64,000 nt of DNA from Lingula anatina (lineage: Eukaryota; Animalia; Brachiopoda): contig CM120641.1 of assembly GCA_051362555.1 (NCBI GenBank), positions 35,780,401 through 35,844,400 on the forward strand, written 5' to 3'. Every line of letters starts with the position of its first letter. Positions within the stretch are counted from its first letter, which is position 1. Under the pieces are notes generated by a model. The model searched no databases, was not told where the DNA came from, and worked only from the letters and a program-made list of their open reading frames with translations. The translations under genes were made by a program, and so were the position numbers. Shown piece after piece: positions 13,029-25,250 of the stretch.

Positions 13029-16000
13029 ACAGAGCTCTTATTTTCATATCTCTTGGATTGCAGACCCCAACGTCCCGGTGGCACCAGCAGATTGGCAAAC
13101 TTCTATTAAGTTCCGTAACGATTCCTGTGGTAGTTTGGATGTCAACTTCGTCCTGGCCCCAAGTAACTATGGCTTTAAACTGTATGAAGTCAGCCTTGTA
13201 AACAAAGAGAAAACAAAGTTCGCTGACTCAGAGCTCGTGTACGCATCAGCTGGGAGAAAGGTACGTTTAAATAATTTTACTAAACAGACAATTGAGCTGG
13301 GGTGTTTATCAGTTCGGTATGCAGGCGTCTTATTTAATGTCACACACGAACTTTTATTACACGAGCATTAAGCCTGTAAGCAAGTAATCAGGCAAGAAAT
13401 GGTAGTACAACGAACTAGAAAAACCGCTCAGCAAATTCGATTATCCATCCTGGGCTTTTATCCTACTGGGGAAATACCAGGGCAGATAAGTTGATGCTGA
13501 TAGATTATTGTAAATATATGTCCAACAAAACTATGGATAATAGTCAGGGAGACGATTGCTAAAATTATATAGCATTAACAGTGACTGCAGGCACCTCCAT
13601 ATTTGCCAAAAGTGAACACTTACTTTGTATGTCAGCCGACTATATAAGAACGGGACATTTTTATTTGGACCATACACTCAGTCGTTATTTATTTTATTGT
13701 CAGTCTGGAGAAAGCCATTTACCGTACAACATCAAACTAACGCATATTATGTTTCACTTTTTTGTATGTCTAAGAGTACTTCTTATTTAATGAAACTACC
13801 GTACTGTGACTTTGCTCCACAAAACAAAATCAGTGTCATAAATATGTTGTCATATTTTAGTTGTTTCCTAACCAATCGAGTTAAGATGTGATATGCTTCG
13901 TATTTTTAGCCGACACACGATGTGTCATTCAAGGACGTTGCGAAAGGGCAGTATTATATCACGGTAATTACTAATTTACGGTATCAAAGCTGATTTGAGC
14001 AATGGTTTAGAGAATCATATAAAAAATCTATACAGAAACCCATGCATTCGCAATAAAAAAATTTTCTAACCTATACAGAGATGGATCTTAAAATGTACTT
14101 TCATACTTAAACCATTTTCCTGATAATGTTTGCGTTCATCCTGAGATACTCTTTTTAATGATTTATGACCTGTAGCATGTCATTCACAGGTCGAGCCCCG
14201 AGACTTGGACAGAGACCGCCAGCTGCGTGGACGGTGCAAGTGTAAGATTGCAGTCGGATTCTGTAAAAACCACTGTGCCGTCACACAGGCAGCAGTGCCT
14301 GTCACCATACAAGGTACGGTACGGTTGACATGTACAATGTTATATGTAGGTGCGGTATTTTGGTGCGGTGACGTCGGGTTGACGGCGGGGTGAATGGACG
14401 TGGTAGTTTCAGGGTGGTGGGGTACAGATGGACTGTCGGTGTGACAGGAATGGTAGTCCTAGATATGGAAGTCCGGGGTCCAATATGATTAGTACAGGTA
14501 AAGGTTAGTCGGAGGATTGGTGTTAGTACTCATATATGGGACGAATGTCACCTGCACAAAGTATTGGGGAGCGGACTACGGTTCCTTGCGGACTACCATT
14601 CCTGTCACACCGGTATGGGGTGTGATTGTAGTTAATTTTACGTGTACTTGAATGATAACATACATGTATGAATACAGACAAAGCTGCATTCATCACACAC
14701 ACAGAATAAGAATGGTAAAATGCGTGATGTAAACACAGTATGTGCTTGGTGAAACGTAATTAATAGAATTCGTATAGAAGAAACAACTACCGGTACCTTT
14801 ACTACGGTCTTGAATATTTCCCCAGTATGACAACTTTCCAATCAATCATTTAATTATCTACATATTGTTTTTGTACTTAAAAACAGTTAAAACTTTACCT
14901 TAAATATGTTACAGAATGTCCCGCTACGAGACCTTTGGGGAATAGGTCTATAGAGACCGTTGCGATTGCTTCCACACCTGCAGTGACCGCTCTGACTGCT
15001 TCCACATTTGGCGGACTATCGGGAATTCTGCTGATAGTTTTGGTTGTCGTCTGCTCAAGAATGAACTGTGAGAAAAATTCAAAACCCTTTTATAACAGAC
15101 AAGCGCTTTAAATAATATGTTACGCTTCCACATGCAAATCGTTATGTTACAATATTTTTAGGACGCTTAATAAAATTTTGTCTGCCGTAAAGCACTAACA
15201 ATGCACTTTTTCTCAATGATTTTTTAATCATTGGAAGTACATAAATGCCACGGCCCTACAATATGGTTGACAAAAGCCTGAAATTTGAAATGATCTTACA
15301 CTCTTCCAGTGAGCTGGATGTAACTGGTCACTTCTCATCGCAAATTATTTGCGCATAAACTCGACTTAAACTAATAAAATATTTTTTCTTCTAGCACGAC
15401 TTATCTTAAGATTTTTAAGCTGCAACCGAGGCAGTGATGGAGAAGACGGTACTAATAATTCAAATAGCATCCAGACTGAAGAACGTAAGTAAATTTACCT
15501 CACACGTTCTATGAAAATGATTATATCAACGAGCCAACTGAAATAAAACTTATTTCAGGAGGTGCGGACATGTAGCAAACAATGCTTTGTTTTCAGATAC
15601 ACGACAAAACCCACGTACCAAATATTTTTACTATGTCTAAGTAGATATTACTTATTCATGAGCACGCCTACAGTAGTTTCTTGGTTGACAAAGCCAAAAA
15701 AAAAAACCAGAACGAAGACCATTATATGTAAGATAACATGTGTATCGTTTTCATAATGTTAACGTTACTGGTCATCACTGACATTTGATATTTTCAGAGA
15801 CCCTTATCAATGTTTCTCAAGTCGACGAGGACAGTGCGTTGACGAGAAAAAAGAGAGTATTGATCCTTTTCTCCGACGAGCATCCAAAACATACCAAGGT
15901 AGTGCTGAGTTTCGCTAACTTTTTGCAAGCTGCCTGCTACTGTGACGTCATTCTGGATAGGTGGCGCACCCGCGAAATATTTAGCGAGGGAAAGACGACC

Positions 16001-17524
16001 TGGTTGTCCAAAAACATGGAAAATGCGGAATGTGTCCTTGTTGTCAGCTCTGAGGGAGCTTACAGGTATTATTTTCTTTACGTCAAAACGCTTCACAAAA
16101 AAAGCAAAAATAGTAACAAAATACAACGTGCAGTTGCTTCGAAATGACATAGATGTACTATTTGAATTTTTTAAAGTGGTTTTTCAATTTTTTAATTAAT
16201 TGATAATGTGGCACGTCGTTTGTCATTTTATTAAACTGTAATTACATGTAAATCAGAGGAAAATGGTAACGACATTAAACCGTAAAACCTGGACTTCAAA
16301 CTAGCTGTATCCTGTTCAAAGTTTATAGTTAAGTTGCATTAACAAATATACATATTAACCGTCTTTAAAATGAAGGTTAGATTTGTGATAGAATTTCCCT
16401 TGGGAAGTTCCATACAGGTAAAGCACAGGTTTTATTATCATAAAGTGTCAGAATGTGATTTTTTGTCCTTCAGACGATTCCATGCACGCCTCCAGGGACA
16501 GTGTTTTGACTCATTGGAAAATAATAGTCCCTTGTCAGACATGTTTTTACACGGCCTTTCTATGCTCCGCCAGCGGTATTTTACAGAGCACGACTACAGC
16601 AAGTATATCAATGTAAGATTTACCTACACCCCTGCTGCCTTCTCTATTCCCGACATGCACAACAATGTCGTACTCATGGACCATATTGATGATTTGTTCT
16701 TCCACATTCATGGCATTGAGAAATTCGATTACGGTGTAAAACGCACTGTAGAAAGAATAAACCGAGACGAATATTTTGCCGACCCTACAGAAAATCCTGA
16801 AGGAGTAAACCTCCACAACGCTTTACGAGAGGCAACGGATTTTTTCAATGACCACGAAGACTGGTTTGGTGATCAACAGTTTGAATTAAAACCACTGAGA
16901 CGCGGTGCTCCTTATGGCCGTCTAGACTCGGGGATTGAATCATTTTCTATTGGAGAGGGCGAGGAATCAGCTGGTTTGTCTGTTAGCTTGAGTGGCAGCA
17001 GTGAATGTGACGACGCTTTTGTCTCAGCCCAAGACGATATATCTTCATCCAGAAGAGACCCGAAGGCAACTTCCAACGAGCAGTCATCGTGCGATAGGAA
17101 CCAACTGCCACTGGTATGTTCTGCAGCAAAAACTTACAATACACCAAATTACACCGCTGTTGGCAACGTTTCATTCCCAGTATCTATACCTCTCCAGTCC
17201 CCACAAGATAGCTACAACCCGTGCGTTGATAATCATAAACCAGAACCACGTGTTTCCATTCCTTGCCAACACCCCCAGAAACTCATCCCGCCAGATTTAT
17301 CTTTCACAGCTGACATTACACCCGATCCACCAATAATGTTCATTCCACCTGTATTTGACGACAATCAGAGTAAGACATTCAGTCAGATTGCCAATGACAT
17401 CAATGCCGAGTGTGAAGGGGATTTTCTCACCTATGCTGGTCCGTATGAAAATGAAATGACGGATGAAGAAACGAATCATGAAGATTGCATCTCACTACAA
17501 AGCGTTGGTGGTGCAAGTGTTTAA
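3373..17524 (+). CDS. Interleukin-17 receptor family protein (signal peptide, FnIII-like ectodomain, TM, SEFIR), ~830 aa, 12 exons; exon 4 frameshifted as assembled
   Basis: GT-AG exons: 3373-3480 (signal peptide MMWCQQILLAMILVIMKLKTILG), 3728-3758 (HLNCSVT), 4756-4902 (GTCFKQW..PGSPTKL..YPGLDIRW), 11849-11968 (ASYQYTEGFRI..CKIF), 12670-12820 (VEVCSLPLP), 13064-13260, 13910-13963, 14190-14313, 14915-15067 (TM FGGLSGILLIVLVVVC), 15395-15484, 15798-16065 (SEFIR: KRVLILFSDEHPKHTKVVLSFANFLQ...VILDRW) and 16474-17524. Phases are consistent except for exon 4. Confidence 0.9.
5949..7460. repeat. ~146-bp tandem repeat array (about 8 units), probably the internal array of a Helentron/HINE-like element; interrupted by a SINE
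   Basis: Units start at 5949, 6095, 6240, 6386, 6531 and 6677 and resume at 7154. Units are rich in TGACCTT motifs. Short hairpin TTGTCAG...CTGACAA at 7489-7515. The Helentron assignment is inference. Confidence 0.85.
6808..7153 (-). mobile_element. tRNA-derived SINE with Meta-like and Deu/Nin-like central domains
   Basis: Minus strand: A box TGGCCTTGTGG, B box GGTTCAAAACC, then ATACCAGTCCTTTATAAACGGTACCTGCTG...CACTCAGCA and GGCAGCGGGGCTGTATCCTCCCCAGGGAG, then an AT-rich tail. Inserted at the T-run of a satellite unit. Confidence 0.8.
7896..9342. mobile_element. Unclassified transposon-like relic with repeated TGTAGTGTCCGTACCCC motifs and a decayed basic ORF
   Basis: The motif occurs at 7896, 8056, 8076 and 9177 (+) and inverted at 8435-8452. 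A Lys/Arg-rich broken ORF spans 8512-8880. Confidence 0.5.
9343..10866 (+). mobile_element. Degenerate Tc1-family DNA transposon (DDE transposase pseudogene), left end missing
   Basis: HTH N-terminus VRRRLNEVIRWQIIG..AGVPERQIARQ. Catalytic motifs WTDESRF (~9915), LV*DNLPIH (~10200) and SPILSVIEH (~10290), with stops and frameshifts. The right end reads ...CTTAACTTATGAGCATCAGTG followed by TA (10867-68). Confidence 0.88.
11451..11530. repeat. Short dispersed tandem repeat GTTGCAAAATGCGT x4
   Basis: Four imperfect copies read directly; likely a transposon subterminal remnant (inference). Confidence 0.6.
11655..11777. mobile_element. 123-bp MITE with 11-bp target-site duplication
   Basis: TIR ACCCTCTACCAGG / CCTAGTAGAGGGT; AACTCAATAAT duplicated at 11644-11654 and 11778-11788. 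Confidence 0.7.
12993..13025. repeat. (GA)n microsatellite
   Basis: Read directly. Confidence 0.95.
14437..14612. mobile_element. MITE with perfect 23-bp TIRs
   Basis: CGGTGTGACAGGAATGGTAGTCC at 14437-14459 and its reverse complement at 14590-14612; GT on both flanks. A second copy lies at ~28745-28917. Confidence 0.8.
15798..16065 (+). CDS. IL-17 receptor exon 11, SEFIR domain N-terminal half
   Basis: RVLILFSDEHPKHTKVVLSFANFLQAACYCDVILDRW...TWL...AECVLVVSSEG matches SEFIR boxes; ttttcag acceptor and ag|gtatt donor. Confidence 0.92.
16474..17524 (+). CDS. IL-17 receptor terminal exon (SEFIR C-half, SEFEX-like extension, disordered tail)
   Basis: Long ORF 16370-17524 entered at the ccttcag acceptor (16473): DMFLHGL..YSKYINVRF..LMDHIDDLFFHIHG; DSGIES motif. 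Confidence 0.92.
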
Positions 17525-18623
17525 TGTTGTTTAAAGAAATTTGAATTCAATTGAAAGTGTGTCCATTATAAACCCCTTGGACTAAGACAATTTCGTTCAG
17601 TTATAGATAATCCTTCTTCTGTAAAACATTTTTTTAATATAACTCCCTGATGGGGATGAAGTATTTTGTTGTTCCGTTTTCATACGTAGAATCTCATGTC
17701 TTGTACATTTTTATTTGTTTTTCCTAGTTCGGAGAGTGTGATGTTTATTATTATTATTATTATTATTAATCGTAGAAAAATATACGTCAAACGGTCAAAA
17801 TGAGTAGTGTCTTTTTTTTTCACCTACAAGCAGCTCAGGAAAGATCTCGCCTACTTTTCACAAACTTTCTAAACAATACAGTGCGGGTTCTGCCTCTCGG
17901 TGAGAAGAAAGTTGCTGCCTAACTGTAGTGTACCTAAAGCTCTCAAATCAACAAAGGTTGTGTAGCAACCCAAGCCATTAGTGCTTGGACGTTCATTCAG
18001 TAAGGTCGCGGTGACGATTTCATTAAAATATAATGTATTTAATCAACTTAAGTGGTCTGAGCTGAGTACTCTTATTTTTCAAATGGAATCGAAACAATTG
18101 ACCCTTTATTTATACACAAATAATTGCACCCATAAATTGACTAAAACCTTTGTTCCTGTAAAATCGATCATTTCTGAAAGTACAAATACATGTATTGTTC
18201 CACAAATTATGATTTTATTAGTAACCAAAGTTATCATACTTTGTTTGATGATAAATCTTGGAACCTAAAACGAGGATATCATTTATTATGTATATATATG
18301 CACTAGGTACCTTTTATGAAGACGCGCCCATTTAAATTTGATCTAAAGGGCGGGTGTATTAAAAACCCTTGGTGTCCGTTAAAGATAGTATGCAATGAAC
18401 TGAGGACGGGACACCAATATGTGATATTTTATTCTTCAGTCAAAATAAGATCTACGCTCGTGACATGTAGATTCTTCCTTAAGAGGCCATTTACTTTGGT
18501 CGCCCCTTTTTTTCATTATCTTTTGGTAATATACCGAATGATGAATTTTCAAAATGCCTATTTAAGTAATCAGATTTATTTGTTATGCACCTCCTGATTT
18601 CCATCCACGTGAGCTTCACATAT

Positions 18624-20692
18624 CTAATTATTACGTCTGATTTTCATGGTGGCGGCTTGTAGCAAACACCCGATGTCACAGTTATTTCCAGTGATGGCTT
18701 TGGATTTCATTTTACTTTTTGTGTCCAATCTGTCATCAGTGTCAGTCTGATTGCAATCAGGATAATATCCAGTTAGGTGAAAATAGGTGCACGATTTAAA
18801 CCACCAGCCACCACCTGAAATATACACGAATATCTATAATAATGTAAATAACCGCAGTGCACTGACGTAGTATAAGGTCTGTTATGAGCATGTCGTTAAT
18901 ATATAAAGCAAATTGCGTTCTGAGTCGCACCATCTCTGCATTGTGTAGGCCTAATAGCTTTTATGTCAATACCCCCACCAACATTTTTTTCAAATATACA
19001 TCTTTGAAAATCAAATTTAAATTTGATATACATGAATGTTCACCACGTTTTTCCAATACATTAAGGAGAAGGCACAATTCCACGGTCAAAGAATTAACGG
19101 GCATGTTTATCACTGTGCCAGTCTGATTTCAATTAAAGTCTTCTCAGCCCACTTAACCACAGTACTAATAATTTTGTGAAATAAATACTGCCTACCGTTT
19201 TGCTCAGCACAAGTTTTATTAGACACTGGAGAATAAGCACCCGTGTTGTCAAATGTTCCAAAATCACCTCCACGTATTTGCAGAAGGCCATCAGTATTTG
19301 TTGTGTTGTAGGACTCGATCGTAAGAGCGTTATCAACGGCGTACTTCATAAGTTCGCTTTTAACTTTAAACAGATTCCATTTGGCGTAATAATAATTGCC
19401 GTTGCAGGACAGCATATTAATCAGCAAAGAATAATCTCCCTGTTTCGTTATGGCATGAAGAGCTTCATTGCCCATCCAGAACTGTTCGCGGGGATCCCCA
19501 AAACCAAACTTATATTGACTCCAGTTTCTATTAAAGTCCGCTGTGCTGTCATATCTTCTCATCACAACAAGCCATCCGTTGTCACAATACACCTCCTTTA
19601 TTCCAAATCCTGTTATTTTGATAGTCGACACTCCTGCACCATCTAAAATAAAAGTGAGCAGCAAATTTTTTTGTCGTGCGTGCACGCAAAACGTCACCCA
19701 GGAGCAATGATAATGTTTACAAATTTGAATCGTTCAAATGTTGTCACATTATAAAATTATGTGTCTGTATATTTAAAAATTAAGAATAAAAATACATATG
19801 GGTAAAGGTAAACATAATAAACCCAAACGAAACTTCGAATAAAAATTTCTACATAATGTTGCCCACACTTAACTTAGAGAAATGAGCAGCGCAAACAAAA
19901 AGTTACGATCGAACTTACATAGATCATTGCAATCCATCTCTTCCTAGATAAGTATAAAATGTTAAAATTTAATGTGAAAATCATAAGGTAGTATCTATTC
20001 GATCAAAATGACAGATCGTAGACACTTTATTTTGAATCTTTCTATTTCTTTTCATAAACTTTTCGCCTTCTTATTTATTGATTTTTTTTTTTTTTTGGTA
20101 AAACCTATACTTCATTTAAGGAGACATTAAATGATATGGCTTATACTTCATTGTTGACGATGCTACATCAATAGTTAAAAAATAAACGCGATGCAAGTGT
20201 GCACTATTTACCTTGATATCCTGATAATATACACCACCGTCGTGACTTACTAATAAGTCATTGCTGAGAGCTTTGTGGGAATTTAGTTCACAGTTTTCTG
20301 TAAAATCAACAGAACATACTATGTACTAACAACCATCACAAGTTTGAAGGGGAATTCTCCACCATGGTCTTATTAAAGTGGGGATGACACCTGAAGTTTT
20401 GGTCATAAGCGTTACTGACATTCTACAAAACATTAAAAATGACAAACTGTCTTATATGATTCTTACCAATGGTCCTGGTTTGATAGAAGTTCCAGGAACG
20501 GCATCCTTTCGTTTGAGAACATTGCAGTGTACAGCTAACAGGGCTCTGTGCTGTCACCTTTTTCAAAGCAGACGACGGGAAAATGGCGTCTTTGGTACCA
20601 ACAAAGCGGGCGTACTTCACCTTCTGTTGCGTTGTGAGCTGTATTAGCAGTGTCATAAACAAGAACACTGGAAGAGGCATATGCAACCCCAT
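18624..20692 (-). CDS. Secreted PAN/apple + fibrinogen C-terminal domain protein (FReD, ficolin/angiopoietin-related-like), ~324 aa, 5 exons
   Basis: Exons 20692-20467 (signal peptide, SPVSCTLQCSQTKGCRSWNF), 20297-20212 (NCELNS), 19943-19919 (EEMDCNDL), 19642-19196 (EVYCDNGWLVVMRR..DFNRNWSQYKFGFGD..FWMGNEALH..FGTFDN) and 18814-18624 (GGGWWFKSC..LTG..MKIR). All phases are consistent; total 975 nt. Confidence 0.92.
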
Positions 20693-21244
20693 GATGAGAT
20701 CTACGTCACTTTAATGACAGTACGTGACAAACACAACAACACCTATGTTGTGTGTTAGGAGCTTAAAAAAGTGTTACTGATATGAGCAGACTTTCCGTCG
20801 ACTTTGAAAACAGTCGACGGAAAGACCCTTACAATATTTAACGCCAATATATAATAATAAAATAGTAGATTTGTCCAATACAAACCCTTTATCAATCATG
20901 CGAGATTTAATTAAATGATCCGCTGGATTTAAACATAAATATCTACCAATGTGTTTTGATTCATCGCTATGATCTGAAAACGTTAATATTGGATGAGCTA
21001 CAAGTGTAAATGTCAATTCATTTAGTCATGACCACCGAAGATTTATCTATTACCCAAAAGAATACACGTAAGGCAGTAAATAAGGAGGTTGTGAGAGAAT
21101 TTAAATTTATCTTGAATGCATATTGTATTCTAGGTAAAATACGCCGATCTATTTCTACAGCGCACCGTTCGACCACTGGTTGACTAACTGTGGTTTTATT
21201 AAATTAAAATTAACAATTCGGTCAATTACAGACTAGCGTTGTCT

Positions 21245-21270
21245 CACACACACACACACACACACACACA
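21245..21270. repeat. (CA)n microsatellite
   Basis: Read directly. Confidence 0.9.
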
Positions 21271-22429
21271 AAAGACGATTCTTACACTTAGTTGCTGGGA
21301 TTGTTACGTTGTGCGTGTTTTATGGGGAGGGGGAGAGGCCTGGGGTCTCAATTTTTGTATGGAGTATAAATTTTCATTTTATTGAATTTTCCCAAATAAA
21401 ATTTTTAAAAAGTGACGTTTGAAAAACGATTTTGGCAACCAGAACCTAGTGTCTTTTTTCGAATTTTTTCTCGAAAAACGAACCAGGCAAATAGACACTA
21501 GTTTCCTTTTTAGATAACCTGTACTGTTGGTGTTATTCTCATAAATGACTTAATTTGTATTTATGCCAAATGAATTTGCATTATTATCGCCATTTTGTGG
21601 TGCTGAAGATTAAGCACGCACATGCACGTGCACACACAACCACACATACCAAAACAATCTGCTAAGCTACAGAATGCAGCAGAGAAGATCATTTTTGTTC
21701 CCCTCCAGATGGCGCTACAGAACAGTTTGGTTTGTCAAACCTGGCAAAAACTGCTCAGATTGCAGCACGCAGTAGACCATATAAAATAGCCAGTGACCTA
21801 CGTAATGCCATTTTACTTTGGGGTGTGTAAGGGTCTGAAGCTTAATTTTATTAATTTATTCTAGTGCATTTTGAAATATGCAGGAAAAAAAGATCCCAGT
21901 GCATTACTATTTTAGTACATTGTTAATCAAATTATTTATTTCAAATTATGGTAATTGATAAATAGAAAAGGCGGTTTTTCCTGCCTCCTACCCCGATGGA
22001 TCAGTTGAAACCTGAACCCTCGGAAGAGATGTTTCTTCTTCTTCAGTTCTGAGTGACCAGGATGTGTATGGGAGGCGGTCAAGATACCAAGTATATGGAT
22101 ATTTCAGTTTTAACCGATTCAACGAAACGTTCTAAGACAGTGGTATTAGGTATTTGTCGATAACGTATCTTTGATGCATTTTAAAAAATGGGCTTGACGC
22201 CTGCATGTTGAACACTGGATTTTGCCATCCACCGATATTTTCCCCGCGTGATATTTTGTCCCCTCCATGCCATCGTTTATTTCATCACGTACCTCATGCT
22301 AAAAGTGAAAATTGCAAACTACATGGGTAAAATTAGTAGTGGCACAAAAGTTTTACATGTGAAACAGTCAAGATGGGGACAATTCTGTGGAATGGCTCTT
22401 TTAAAGTTTTGGCTGTTGAAATATAGTGA

Positions 22430-22438
<9 letters not shown>

Positions 22439-22498
<60 letters not shown>
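22439..22498. repeat. (TA)n microsatellite
   Basis: Read directly. Confidence 0.95.
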
Positions 22499-22501
<3 letters not shown>

Positions 22502-22708
22502 TATATAGTATAAAATTGTGTTATTATTATAGTACACAGTTAAAAATTAAAGAACAGGATAAAGGTTTAGTGATACACTTTGATCTCTAATTTTGGCATG
22601 TTTTCCCAAATAATACCATAAAATGTGATATTTTGAACCATGAAAATATGTGACCTAGTGAATAGTTGCACTGCTTTCTACGTGACTGATTATGAAAGCA
22701 ACCATTTT

Positions 22709-22971
22709 CAAGGTATAGGGGACGAATTGCTAGCGCCAATTTGCAAGTTATGTTTGAACGCAATTTTGATATTGCTCATTTATAGCTAATATCGATATCA
22801 CGTTGTCTAATCAAAACGTTCTGTCCAAAGCAATTTGCCGTGATTTTTTATCTTAAAATGTTAAAGCATTTTGTAAAAAAATCAAAACGCAGCATATTTA
22901 ACACTGCGTAGTCATTAGTTACAAAACTTCTTTTATTTCGCAAAGAATAAAAACCGCCCCTTATGCCTTTG
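22709..22971. mobile_element. Possible degenerate MITE
   Basis: Imperfect inverted ends AAGGTATAGGGGACG / CGCCCCTTATGCCTTT. Confidence 0.35.
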
Positions 22972-24289
22972 AACATGTTTTACTATAATTATAAGTCTGA
23001 GTTTGTCTCCGTGGCGTTTGCAAGACTATTTTCGTTATTATTAAGCAAGGCAGCAAGCTGTGATTTGACGTTTATTTCAATACTAATATAATGCTCAAAA
23101 AACGGAAACTTGTTTTTCTGGTCCACAAAGTCTCACAAAATGAAGCTCAATTTGACCTTTTCATCAGACGGCGAAAAAACGTACCTTGAAAACTCAAATT
23201 TTGCACATTTGGTGATTTATGTTATTTACTCACGTCCTTGAAAATGCTATGAAGAGAAATAAATCTTACTGAAGCAGTCTTAAGTTATTGATCTTACAAA
23301 TAATACATATTCAATTTAACCCATTTCTAAAATTGCATAAGGCTTAGTTGACAAAATTCTATCAAAAAAAATGTATATTTTTTTATTTTTGAAACTTAGC
23401 ATTTACAATATTTTCAGTCGTTTCGAACTCGTGGAATTAAATTCTTAATTTTGAAGGCGTGCAATGCGGCCTAGCCTTGAATAAAGCAAAAAAAAAAAAA
23501 AAGAAGAAAAAACTGGAAATTTAAGCAAATTTCCCTTTGGATTTACTTTATTCAAATATCCTTTTGAAAACTACAATCTGAAAAAAAAAAAACGTTTGGG
23601 GTTACAGATTTCTATAATTCTACTGCCACGTGTGAAATTTACAAGTTTTTATCTCGATAGCGAGGTTGACTCAAAATCAGTTACTAGTTACTTGAAACTC
23701 GTATGTGTAGAATCTTTTGAAGCTTGAAAACTTGCTGTCTTGTTAGGTGAAAAGTGCCATTCTTACGGTCCACAAATGACATTTTGTTTGAGTAATGGAG
23801 TATATTAAGTTCACACGTTTAATACTCAATTTGCGAAAATTACAAACTGGTTTGGCTAATCAGTGTCTTCCTGTTAAACTGAGTATGAAAAGAACATGGA
23901 TATACTAATGGTTTTTGTTATTTATCTAAATTTGCTCATCTAGATTGTAATCTTAATATCACCGATTTTTCTAAAGTTAAGATGAATAGTACGTGCAATA
24001 TTTTTTTTGTAATTATTTGTTAATCATGACTTGCTTTTGTGGCATTAATTTGTTGAACAGTTCTCACTTTTGTATAAAGATGAAGGGTACAGCCATGCGA
24101 TCCAAAGTTTCTCATTTTCAAAGCTACTACTTTTTAACATTTCTATCTCGGCAGCATCTTCAGTATATCGAACAGCAGGTACAGAATTAATGTTCATGTT
24201 CTCGAATGAGAACATTATTTATGTTCAAAAAGTTACAAACCATTTGTTACAAATTTTGGACTTTAAAACATAAATGCAGGGTGGCATAA

Positions 24290-24531
24290 AGCCTAGATTA
24301 CATTTGAAATGCGATGCCCGTACGGTGCACGTATACTGCCCGTAATACCCTTTTCGTGCGGCGTCTGAGTGGAGGTAGACGGTGGCCGTGCGAAATCGCA
24401 CGACACCGTACTGGTTTAAGGCCATGTAATGTGGACATACTCGGCATAACCCATAGCTCCTTAAGATTTCAAAAAAAAAAAATGTACGGACAATTTCATC
24501 GTACGGCGCCCGTGTAAATGTAATCTAGGCT
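24290..24531. mobile_element. PIF/Harbinger-type MITE
   Basis: 16-bp perfect TIR AGCCTAGATTACATTT / AAATGTAATCTAGGCT, with TAA duplicated at 24287-89 and 24532-34. Confidence 0.85.
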
Positions 24532-24800
24532 TAAGTAATACTATGGTTTGCCCCTCCATTTTGCCTAGGCTTGATTATTACGCGTTGCAATCTCTAAAAT
24601 GTTTTTTTTAAATCTATGTCTCTAGGGGATTGTTTTTTTTTAAATTCCCCATTGAAGTGTATTTCTTGTAGTGTATTTGAACGTATCGGTTGCTGTTAAA
24701 TCTAAAAAATTATTTCACAAATGACTTGTGACAATTTTTTGCAAAACATAGTAACTTTCCTTACAAGGAATAACTATTGAACTTTAATGTCGTATTTTAT

Positions 24801-24828
24801 GTGTGAGACAGCTACTAGATCTGTCGCT

Positions 24829-24871
<43 letters not shown>

Positions 24872-25250
24872 AAACTGAAAAAATCTCTTCTCGTTTTTAC
24901 CTGAGACCAAAAATTAGCCAAGCAGTTTATTAGATACTTTATTTTTATAGAAAAAGTCATATCCTGAAAAAATTTCACAGCACATTATGGTTAAAATGAA
25001 ACAAAAACAATGGCAGATACATGGTTTTTTGAAAGGGTGTCACATTTTGAAATTATTGGCAATTTGGAGTATTATTATGACTTTTAACATCATAATTTAT
25101 CATAACAGAGTGAGTCTCTTTCGATTTTTACTAGTGGTGATGTGGGTGAGACAGCTACTAGATCTGCCGCTGTTTTTGTTAAAAATGAAATTGAAAAATC
25201 TCTTGTCATTTTTATCTGAGATCAAACATTAGCCAAGTAGTTCATTAGTT
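24801..25250. repeat. Local direct duplication of ~110-130 bp
   Basis: GTGAGACAGCTACTAGATCTG...TTAGCCAAG occurs at ~24803-24933 and ~25146-25248; the first copy contains a long T run. Confidence 0.75.

Noticed and set aside
16370-16473. N-terminus of the 384-aa ORF as a standalone gene start
   Set aside because: It is intronic read-through; the exon begins at the acceptor 16473 in phase with exon 11.
20349-20360. NF-kB-like site in FReD intron 1
   Set aside because: A single imperfect match (GGGAATTCTC), expected by chance.
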